NCBI GenBank assembly: GCA_963666285.1
Contig: OY762711.1
Length of the DNA stretch: 64,000 bases
Strand: one strand, 5' to 3'
DNA from: Sedimentisphaerales bacterium
GTDB lineage: Bacteria; Planctomycetota; Phycisphaerae; Sedimentisphaerales; SM23-30
Shown here: one piece after another, positions 22,501 through 30,604 of the stretch
Layout of the letters: the number at the start of each line of letters is the position of its first letter
Position numbering within the stretch: position 1 is the stretch's first letter
Notes under the pieces: model-generated
What the model was told of the DNA's origin: nothing
What the model saw: the letters and a program-made list of their open reading frames with translations, nothing else
Databases searched by the model: none
Position numbers and translations under genes: made by a program

Positions 22501-22914
22501 CTACTCGTCTTCTTTAGTTAGAAATTTAAAAAGACTACTCTCCCAGCTTTGGTTGAGATAATCAGAAATTGAGACTTTCGACCAGTTCATAGCACCATGA
22601 GGCCTAACCGACCAATAGTAATTGAGATTATTTTTAAGTTGAATTGGAAGTTGATATTCAATGTCAACAATTTTTTCGACATAATGAATGCGTTTGCCAA
22701 CAGCATATCTTTTTTCCGAAGGAATCCAAATTGATTCCCAGACAGCTAAGTCATAGCTTTTAGAATCATTATACGGTTTCCACTTTAATATTGGAGTCAA
22801 TGTCGGCTCAATTAAGTCTGGTTCCACATAACTATATTTTGTAGAGACGCAACCACTTATAAATACGACATATAGTATTATTAAGAAATACTTTTTCATA
22901 CATTTATTGTTCAC
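22501..22914 (-). CDS. Hypothetical lipoprotein
   Basis: Lipobox ISGC; PILKWKP, YYWSVR, fibronectin-like. Confidence 0.6.
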   Translation of the reverse strand: MNNKCMKKYFLIILYVVFISGCVSTKYSYVEPDLIEPTLTPILKWKPYNDSKSYDLAVWESIWIPSEKRYAVGKRIHYVEKIVDIEYQLPIQLKNNLNYYWSVRPHGAMNWSKVSISDYLNQSWESSLFKFLTKEDE

Positions 22915-23812
22915 TTTCAGTATTATTTGTAGTGTTGATTACATAAACCTCTTCATTCGGCGATAGATTCTTAACTATATTTTTCATCTCCCTATCTAAA
23001 CAATATATTTTGCCAGATTCAGGAATGGTAAATAGTTGATCAACATGGCTAGATTGTATTGTATACCCTGTACCATAATATGTAGTTTTGGTAAATCCAG
23101 ATAAAATATAATTACCTGGCTCTAAACCAAAAACAAAAATACGCTCATTTCCTATATTTAATGCAGATGCTATTTCAAATTCCTTTTTTGTTTTGGTATT
23201 CATAATATTAGCCCGTTCCTCAACCCTATGCCATGATTCTTTTCTACTATCAATTGAGCTAGCAGAAACAAAAAGCAAGGAGCTTGTATTCTGAAACTGT
23301 CTTTCTGTAGCATATGCTTCTAGTTGTGCCATTGCAGTTTTAATACTTGCTTTCAAATTATCCCAACATGGAAAGAAAGGATGAACGCAATTTCCCCGAC
23401 TGACTGTAGAGTGCATTATATAAGATCTAAATATTTCATTATTGGTTTTATTATCACAAAGCTGCCAGACTGAAACAATTGAAGGACGAACACATTCTGG
23501 ACATAGGTTATCACATATTCTTGCAGATATTTTCAATTCAAAATCTGCATCATCTTGAACAGTGGAAAATTGATTAGAACTATCAAATGATTCTATTACA
23601 TTTTTTTCATATTCATTAAGTAGTTCACTCATTTCCTCATCACCAACATCAGAGCAAAGTGGAACAATGGAAATACTAACAGTATTATCAAAAGGTGTTT
23701 TAGACACAAAATCTTTAACAGGAAATGAAACACATCCGGTAATACATGTTATGGATAACATCAAAATAATTAAAAATAAAATCTGCTTAAATATAATTTT
23801 ATAAATTACCAT
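22904..23812 (-). CDS. Hypothetical lipoprotein
   Basis: Lipobox ITGC; overlaps the downstream gene; AT-rich. Confidence 0.6.
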   Translation of the reverse strand: MVIYKIIFKQILFLIILMLSITCITGCVSFPVKDFVSKTPFDNTVSISIVPLCSDVGDEEMSELLNEYEKNVIESFDSSNQFSTVQDDADFELKISARICDNLCPECVRPSIVSVWQLCDNKTNNEIFRSYIMHSTVSRGNCVHPFFPCWDNLKASIKTAMAQLEAYATERQFQNTSSLLFVSASSIDSRKESWHRVEERANIMNTKTKKEFEIASALNIGNERIFVFGLEPGNYILSGFTKTTYYGTGYTIQSSHVDQLFTIPESGKIYCLDREMKNIVKNLSPNEEVYVINTTNNTESEQ

Positions 23813-23961
23813 ATAGGCTCCATTTTGTAACTCAATAATAAGTAAATATCTAATTTGTTAATGTACCAAGCCAAAATATGTATTATTACTCTTTTTGACT
23901 TAATTGCAATAAAAATCCTGCACCATGTGAGATGCAGGATTATGCACCCTATGTGGTGCAT

Positions 23962-24042
23962 AGCTCCCCGAACTGGACTTCCGCCAGAGGCGGACGATGC
24001 TCCCCTGTATCCTAGCGGTTAATCAGCCTGAGGCGAACTCGC
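23962..24042 (-). repeat. Degenerate copy of the tRNA-Asn 3' two-thirds (att-like), interrupted by two 15-bp palindromes
   Basis: agctccccgaactggact (23962-23979) equals 63773-63790; cctagcggttaa (24011-24022) equals 63802-63813; ctcgc (24038-24042) equals 63820-63824. Confidence 0.9.
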
Positions 24043-24294
24043 GATACCGAATTTCTTATCCAGCCATTGTTTGCCTTGGCCGGATTTAAGTTGTTTCTCA
24101 CGGTTCATTGCTTCTGATCGGGTATCAAATAATTCTTTGTGAAGAAGTTCCCATTTACCAGGATATTTACTGGTATAGCGATGTTTGTTTTGGCTTAGAC
24201 CATTATGCTCAGCGATTCTTCTTTCCAGATTGTCAGTCTGGCCGATATAACGCTTCCCAGCTTCTTTGTTGATGATTACGTACACCCAAAACAT
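24019..24294 (-). CDS. Small stand-alone GIY-YIG nuclease (UPF0213/SLX1-like)
   Basis: VYVI...YIGQT.NLERR..EHN...YT...EAM.REKQLKSG; SD GGAG. Confidence 0.92.
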   Translation of the reverse strand: MFWVYVIINKEAGKRYIGQTDNLERRIAEHNGLSQNKHRYTSKYPGKWELLHKELFDTRSEAMNREKQLKSGQGKQWLDKKFGIASSPQAD

Positions 24295-24308
24295 TAATAC
24301 ACTCCATT

Positions 24309-24344
24309 AAAAAAGGCACTGCAAGATTTACTCTCACAGTGCCT
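24309..24344 (-). terminator. Intrinsic terminator upstream of the GIY-YIG gene
   Basis: aggcactg...cagtgcct stem with a T-run on the minus strand. Confidence 0.7.
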
Positions 24345-24347
24345 GAG

Positions 24348-25058
24348 CTCGGCAAACCATCCAGCATTTCCAAATGTCTCTATTCTGAGACTCAGAGAGA
24401 TGTCTCTAATGCTGTTAACCAGTCGGTCAGCCAGTTTCGGTCAAGCTACGATTGCCATATTTGAATCTATAAAGGCTATTTCCCCGTGAATGTGCCAAAT
24501 CTTATAGTGCATCAGGGGTTAAAAAAGGAACACATCATAACTCGTCTGAATTAGTTTCTTCTTTAGGAAATTTTTCTTTAAGCCATTTTTCAAAATTTCT
24601 ACTAAGACTTCCTGGGTATTGAACTTCATTTTTCTCGGTAGTAGGTGGCAGTTTATCAAAGATTTTCTTATGCGCCTTTTCAAAGTGATCTCGCCATTCC
24701 CATAGAGACTCAATTAATCCAGTACCAGTATAATCTTTATCATAAGATTCTATGCACTCAAAACATTGTTCATGATGAGTTCTCTGTACAGCAATATCTT
24801 TGTGGCATTCATTACAAATAAACAACCTAAAGTTCAACCATTCATCACCGGCATAATAGGTGAATCCTTCTCGATAGCTAATTTCTTTTTTACAAATGCC
24901 GCAAACTTCTGATTTATCATATTTGGTCACAATAAAACCTCGTTATTTCTTAAATGTTGAACCTAAAAACCTCGGCCACCATCCTGCATTTTCAAATGTC
25001 TCTAATGCCTGTTAACCAGCTGTGCCACAGCTTTGGCTAGACTCCGATTGCCATATTC
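24348..25058. repeat. Imperfect ~90 bp direct repeats (24348-24462 and 24971-25058) flanking one ORF
   Basis: Both read ctcggc..ccatcc.gcattt.caaatgtctcta..tgttaaccag..cgattgccatatt. Confidence 0.85.
24535..24930 (-). CDS. Hypothetical Cys-containing protein
   Basis: CxxC pairs (CGIC, CNEC, CFEC); SD GAGG before GTG. Confidence 0.55.
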   Translation of the reverse strand: MTKYDKSEVCGICKKEISYREGFTYYAGDEWLNFRLFICNECHKDIAVQRTHHEQCFECIESYDKDYTGTGLIESLWEWRDHFEKAHKKIFDKLPPTTEKNEVQYPGSLSRNFEKWLKEKFPKEETNSDEL

Positions 25059-25129
25059 AAACAAGTTTGTCGCAATACCATGTCGCGATATGTCGCGATC
25101 ATCTATATTGCTATGTATTTTTTGTTCCA

Positions 25130-26878
25130 TTAGGGTTCCCCAATAACATTTTCTTTTCCAAATATATGTTCAATTTGCTCAATTGCACTCACAGAAAGCT
25201 TTTGAGTGAAGAGTAGAGCAAGTCTCTTTTTAGCCCGTGAACAAGATACATAAAACAAGTTTCGATTACGTTCAAAGGCATCTTCTTTTCCAGCAGGCAC
25301 ACCATTTTTGAACCATTCGAGTAATTTATTCCAGTCATAGTGATTCCAGCCACGACCGCAAACAACGAGAACTTCGTCAAACTCAGCACCTTTAACGCCA
25401 TGTTTTGTTGAAAATGGTGTTTTGTCTTCTACGTAATGGTAAAGATTGATTACTTCAGAATAAGGCACTGCTTCTAACTTGCGTATTTTTTTTGCAAATT
25501 TTTCATCAGCCTCTTCAATATCCTCTCCAGCAACCTCCGCATTAGATATTTTTACCAATCTTTCTTCTGCGGCAGCAACTTTTGCTGATAAAAGAGGATG
25601 AGACGTGTCATTTAGAAGCTTGAGTACATCGCGTATTGTACCAATTTTCCGAAGCTCTATAAGTTTCTTCAAATCAGATGACCATGCAATCTTGTCTTGT
25701 TGACATGAAAGTCTAGGATGTTTTTTGCCGAGGACAGAAAACATCTCTCCATAGTGCCCAACTAAAAAGTGCTCGTACATAGGTTCTACTGTTTCCAAGA
25801 AAAATTTAATATAATGGTCATTCTTTTTTAGATAATCATCCGTATCTCGAAAACATGCAGTTAAATTACGGTAATTTTGTTCAGATGCCAAAACATTATT
25901 TGTCAGCATTAAAATTTTAGAACTGTCAGTGTTAAGGCTCCATCCACATGCCTTTAAGTTTGTGATTGCCCTTTCAAGGTATTCGTGAGCGTTTGTTTCT
26001 GGCAGGTCTTGTTGCCAGTGGTTTTGTGTCCTTCTCTCACCCTGATATTCATTAGAATGGAATACATAAATACTACCGTTTGAATTTGGGTCCATTTCAT
26101 GTTGTGGAAGGTCTGGTCTCATCCGATTCAAACATTCTACAATATTCTTCTCTGAGCGAAAGTTGGCATTTTTTCCGATAACCTGAATCTTTTCGCTTTC
26201 TATAAGACCGCATGCTTTAGTCCCATAGATTTTTTGCCAGTGATCACCGAAAAGCCCGACCAGCATACCAGAAGAGTTTTCGATAAGGTTAGAAACCAAT
26301 GAGGCAGCAAGGCCAATATTTGTATCCTGATATTCATCAATGAACAATACAGGATATTTAGATTTCAACAATGATTGAAATTTAGGTTTCTCAAGAAGTT
26401 GAGCCATTATTTTGATTACATCATCATGGTGAAGCTCAATAATGTCTTCGTTGGCTTTTGGATATCCAAGGTCATAAATTACTTTCTGCGACTTGAGACC
26501 TCCTGCTTCTTCAATGCGGGCTGCCCATTTGTCGCTTAGGTCTGGCACAAGTAATCTTATTGCAGATTGAAATCCTTTTAATAAACTCCATGAGAAAGCA
26601 TGGATGGTGTCAGTGAAAATTACAGGGTGATTGTCAGTCCGATCACGTATTTCGTCGGCTGCAACATTGGTATAGGTAATACACGCAATTTTTTGCCCGC
26701 TCTTTTCAAACTCAGCAGCCCTGTTGTCGATGTAATACTTTAATGCTTCTACTAACGAATAAGTTTTACCCGCACCTGCACCTGCTTCTACGCGAAAGCA
26801 GGAATTTTCATTTATCGCAGCGAACATTTCATCCGAAGCCCTTTGTGCTGCCTCTAATGCTGGATTAGTGTCGCTCAT
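25130..26878 (-). CDS. gajB: UvrD-like helicase, Gabija GajB
   Basis: EAGAGAGKT, CITYTN, IDEYQD, FGDHWQKIY, NFRS, TKHGVKGAEF, LFYVSCSRA; ATGA-coupled to the OLD nuclease gene. Confidence 0.85.
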   Translation of the reverse strand: MSDTNPALEAAQRASDEMFAAINENSCFRVEAGAGAGKTYSLVEALKYYIDNRAAEFEKSGQKIACITYTNVAADEIRDRTDNHPVIFTDTIHAFSWSLLKGFQSAIRLLVPDLSDKWAARIEEAGGLKSQKVIYDLGYPKANEDIIELHHDDVIKIMAQLLEKPKFQSLLKSKYPVLFIDEYQDTNIGLAASLVSNLIENSSGMLVGLFGDHWQKIYGTKACGLIESEKIQVIGKNANFRSEKNIVECLNRMRPDLPQHEMDPNSNGSIYVFHSNEYQGERRTQNHWQQDLPETNAHEYLERAITNLKACGWSLNTDSSKILMLTNNVLASEQNYRNLTACFRDTDDYLKKNDHYIKFFLETVEPMYEHFLVGHYGEMFSVLGKKHPRLSCQQDKIAWSSDLKKLIELRKIGTIRDVLKLLNDTSHPLLSAKVAAAEERLVKISNAEVAGEDIEEADEKFAKKIRKLEAVPYSEVINLYHYVEDKTPFSTKHGVKGAEFDEVLVVCGRGWNHYDWNKLLEWFKNGVPAGKEDAFERNRNLFYVSCSRAKKRLALLFTQKLSVSAIEQIEHIFGKENVIGEP

Positions 26879-28908
26879 TTGTCCTCTCCCTCAGTTTCTT
26901 CGGCAATAAGCTCTACTTCATCTGCCAGCCAGACAAGGCCTTCTTCAATATACTTGGGAATCTCCCACTCGGTTTCTTCAATCGCGTATTTGATAGCAAA
27001 ATCGGGCTTGCCTGAATCGCCGATTTTCTTAGCTTTATCAAACGCTTCTTTTTCAAGTAAAGTATCGTCAGTTTCTGTAAGGTCAAAGAGTGATTTGTTA
27101 GCTAACATAAATGCGTCTTCAAAACTTCTGCCGCAGGCGGTAGAGCTATCCTCTGGTACTTGGTAAGATAACCGCCGCTTTCCATTCACCTTGTCTTTGT
27201 CGCCTTTTTCTCTGATCGCAGCTAAATCCATATATCCATCTTCTCCAAACCAATTAGAGATTCCCGTATTACTGGAGTGTGTTCCATCACTTACAGGGGC
27301 ACCGCAATAACTGGTTCGTTCGACGTCGTTTTTGTCCTTCTTTGTTTCAGATTTCACAGAATCAAGATCGGTGATAATCAAGGTTTGCAGTTCTAAGAAA
27401 TCAATGAATTTGAAAAAACGCTGGGCATATGCACCGCCTATTTCAACTATTGACATGTAGCTACGTCGCAGATTTTTAGAATGCTTCTCGTCAACTTTTT
27501 TTATAATTTGGGGTGTTAAAATTCTTTCCGTAGCACCTTCGACAAAAACGGCTTTATCTGCGAAATACAGATCGCATTTGGTAAGCGTCATATATTTATG
27601 AACGAAGTCTCGATCTTCTTTCTCAGCCTCCGGGTCAAATATTGTACTTAAGTCCTTTACCTTGGTACCGGCTTCATCTTTCGATAGAAAATAGCGTACT
27701 TTATTAAAATCAACCTCATTAGCCAGGTGAGTCGAGTGCGTACTTACCACGAATTGGACCGGCCATTTGTGGTAAGAGTGGAGGCTTTTTTCAAATTCTG
27801 CAACAATCAGGTCTAACTGCCGTATAAAAACTTCCTGCATTTGCGGATGAAGGTGTGCTTCAGGCTCTTCAATAAAAATAACGTGTCCTTTTGGTGTCTG
27901 TTCTGCTGATTGATATTGCCTGAAAAATTCATAAATTTGGAATAAGATGTAAATAAGATTTCTAAAACCAAGGCCGTTATAAGTTTCTGGCAAAGTAAAG
28001 TGTTCGCTTTTCTGGTAAAAAACTCGGGTATTACTCTCAAGCAATGATTTTACATTCAACTCTGTCTGTGCACTTAGATTAGGGTCATTAAGTCCAGGAT
28101 AGCCGAACAATTCAAGGGACGGGAGCAGTTCTTTTAGTTTTCCCTGAAAATCAGTATCTACTTTAGTTTGCAGTTCATCAACAACATCATTTATCTCAGA
28201 TGATTTAGCTTTGAACTCTTCAGGAGCACTTTCCGATGACGCACTTTTGAAAATATTCCCCAGAGACTTCCCCAGTACATCTTTTTCGTTGTGGGTTTCG
28301 TCATCAAGACCACGCTGAGCGTTAATGAAATCCGACAAAAGAACCCGTTTAACCTTAGCGAAATCAACGGATACAAAGTTATTTACATTGCCTGGCTCAA
28401 CAGCAAAAGCTTTTATTTCAAAATACTTGGCAATCCGTTTTTTTAGGTCTTTGGAATAAGCTGACATGTTTTCCGTTTCCAGCCCCTCAAGTAGTGGCTG
28501 GATTTTCCCATCCTTAACTTGGTAACTGATACGAATAATGGTCTCAACTCTGGTCTCATCAAGATCAAGAATAAAATCTCCGAGGGTGCCGTAGTCGTCT
28601 TGATTGTCTTCATAGTTCAGTAATATCTCTAACTCTATCGATGGAATAAGCTTCCTTATGTCTGCTTCATCATGTCCTCCTTGGGTATAAACAGCTTGTG
28701 CATTTTTAAATTCCATAAGCGATGCAATATTAAAGTCCTCGTAGCTGACCTTGGGAGGCTTATCTGACAGAAAACTCCTGAAAATTTCCGTAAGCGATGT
28801 TTTCCCTGTATTATTCCGCCCAACTATAACAGTACTCTTATCTGAAAAGCTAAGAGATACATCTTTAAGAAGCCTGTAATTTTTAACCTTTAATTCTATG
28901 ATTTTCAT
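26875..28908 (-). CDS. gajA: OLD-family ABC-ATPase/TOPRIM nuclease, Gabija GajA
   Basis: GRNNTGKT, IEEPEAHLHP, STHS, FVEGATE, TDLD. Confidence 0.85.
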   Translation of the reverse strand: MKIIELKVKNYRLLKDVSLSFSDKSTVIVGRNNTGKTSLTEIFRSFLSDKPPKVSYEDFNIASLMEFKNAQAVYTQGGHDEADIRKLIPSIELEILLNYEDNQDDYGTLGDFILDLDETRVETIIRISYQVKDGKIQPLLEGLETENMSAYSKDLKKRIAKYFEIKAFAVEPGNVNNFVSVDFAKVKRVLLSDFINAQRGLDDETHNEKDVLGKSLGNIFKSASSESAPEEFKAKSSEINDVVDELQTKVDTDFQGKLKELLPSLELFGYPGLNDPNLSAQTELNVKSLLESNTRVFYQKSEHFTLPETYNGLGFRNLIYILFQIYEFFRQYQSAEQTPKGHVIFIEEPEAHLHPQMQEVFIRQLDLIVAEFEKSLHSYHKWPVQFVVSTHSTHLANEVDFNKVRYFLSKDEAGTKVKDLSTIFDPEAEKEDRDFVHKYMTLTKCDLYFADKAVFVEGATERILTPQIIKKVDEKHSKNLRRSYMSIVEIGGAYAQRFFKFIDFLELQTLIITDLDSVKSETKKDKNDVERTSYCGAPVSDGTHSSNTGISNWFGEDGYMDLAAIREKGDKDKVNGKRRLSYQVPEDSSTACGRSFEDAFMLANKSLFDLTETDDTLLEKEAFDKAKKIGDSGKPDFAIKYAIEETEWEIPKYIEEGLVWLADEVELIAEETEGEDK

Positions 28909-28990
28909 AATATGTCACTTAGCAAAATTTTGTGTATTTTCAAATATACTTATGATATGAAGCAATTGCCTTTGCTTCATATCATATTTC

Positions 28991-30604
28991 CTACGCCTTA
29001 TTTCCCCTGGTTAACCTTCTGTTAGATAGTTTTTTCCAGATGCTATTTGCTAGTGCAATTTCATTTGAAGTAAAACCATAATGTTTTTGCAGAATAACTT
29101 TGTTTGTCACTTCTAAAACTTCCTCAATGGTTTTCCCTGCCCTAATCATCTGGTCAATATTCTTTAACAAAGATTTATTGTCTGCGTGGTACGGAAGCAT
29201 AATTTCTTCAACTTCATTTGGCATCAATTCTAAAACTCCACCTCCATGGCTTCGACCACATATTTCTGCAAATGCAAGAGATAAGGAATTATAATAACTT
29301 GCAGTCAACGCTTTAATATCTACTTCTGCCCCAGGAGTGACTCTGTGCATAGTGTCAGTTGTATAAGCTTTAGCTTCATTAATAATAAGTTTGGGATATA
29401 TATTGTTTCTTCGAATGAATAATGCATCAGATATCCTTAAGGAAGGGACTATTTGCCATTCATCTCTTATCCTACATTTATATCCTTTATCGATTCCATG
29501 TTTCTGCCCCCAGGCTAAATACTTTAAGGCCCCATTGTTTTTCCTTAATTTATCTTTTGTAGGAAAAGTCAATAAATGTGCTCGGGCCTCATTATCTCTA
29601 TTAAACTCCCAGTCCATTGCAGTAAATATTGCACTTGGAACTTGAACACTTCTTCCAACTAATGGTTTTGCATATTTCTTCAAGTTATACATACTTATTG
29701 TAGAACTAGGTACAGTAAAAAAAGGATTTGCGCCTGTTGTAATTCCAACTTCAACGGTAGCATATTCACCGAATAAAGGAACAGTCTTTTGTTCTTGTAA
29801 CCTTTCAAGGAAATTAATCTCTTTCTGACTCAAAAAATAAAAAGTCCATTTGTTTGACTTAAAATCGATTGTTTTTCGGGGACTTCTTAACTTGGTCATG
29901 TCGATTTTTGTTAAGTCGTCTGCATCCTTAAGCTCTAAGTGCTCAATGCAATGTTTTTTTGATTTATTTTTTTCACATAATAAGAGAACGACTTCTTGTT
30001 GGATATCAGGAAAAACTAATTTCTTGAATGAAATAACATTGATCTTGTTATAAAACTGCGAAAGAAATTGGCGAAGCGTTTTAGCATAAGAGACTTGCAA
30101 TATTTCAGCAGGAAGAACAAAACCAATCTTTCCGCAATCTTTTAATAATAGACTTGAACCTACAACAAATGAAACCCAAGCGTTTGTAAGCTTAGAGTAC
30201 TTTAAATTTGCTCGTTGAAATATCTGTTCAGCTTCATTTCGCTGCTGCTTGTCAAAGTACTGATATCGTATATATGGCGGATTCCCAACAACCAAATCAT
30301 ATTTCTTGTTTGTTTCGTTACAGAATATATGAAAATCTTTACAAATTATTTCAGTCTTAGAGAGACTGATCTTTTTTGCCTTACCAGCTTCTGTTTCGTC
30401 TAGCTCAATTGCATCTACGGATTTATACGGATAGCCTGCTTCTTTAATTTCTTCCAGAAACACTCCATCCCCACAACTTGGCTCTAAGACATCATGGCCT
30501 TTACTTCCATTAAAGCCCCATTTCAAGATAAATGATGCTATTGCAGGAGGAGTGTAAAAACCTCCTCTGAGTTTTTCTTCACTTGCTTGATTAATCAGTT
30601 TCAT
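28991..30604 (-). CDS. N6-adenine DNA methyltransferase, companion of a type IIG enzyme (M.Eco57I-like)
   Basis: RGGFYTP, EPSCGDG, GNPPY, GGGVLELMP; start moved to MKLINQ. Confidence 0.9.
   Translation of the reverse strand: MKLINQASEEKLRGGFYTPPAIASFILKWGFNGSKGHDVLEPSCGDGVFLEEIKEAGYPYKSVDAIELDETEAGKAKKISLSKTEIICKDFHIFCNETNKKYDLVVGNPPYIRYQYFDKQQRNEAEQIFQRANLKYSKLTNAWVSFVVGSSLLLKDCGKIGFVLPAEILQVSYAKTLRQFLSQFYNKINVISFKKLVFPDIQQEVVLLLCEKNKSKKHCIEHLELKDADDLTKIDMTKLRSPRKTIDFKSNKWTFYFLSQKEINFLERLQEQKTVPLFGEYATVEVGITTGANPFFTVPSSTISMYNLKKYAKPLVGRSVQVPSAIFTAMDWEFNRDNEARAHLLTFPTKDKLRKNNGALKYLAWGQKHGIDKGYKCRIRDEWQIVPSLRISDALFIRRNNIYPKLIINEAKAYTTDTMHRVTPGAEVDIKALTASYYNSLSLAFAEICGRSHGGGVLELMPNEVEEIMLPYHADNKSLLKNIDQMIRAGKTIEEVLEVTNKVILQKHYGFTSNEIALANSIWKKLSNRRLTRGNKA

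Noticed and set aside
23962..24042. Second functional tRNA-Asn or intron-containing tRNA
   Set aside because: The 5' acceptor strand and D-arm are missing, and the anticodon stem and T-loop are disrupted
24348..25058. Integron attC sites
   Set aside because: No convincing RYYYAAC...GTTRRRY hairpin, only two copies, and neither tyrosine recombinase shows an IntI-type insertion
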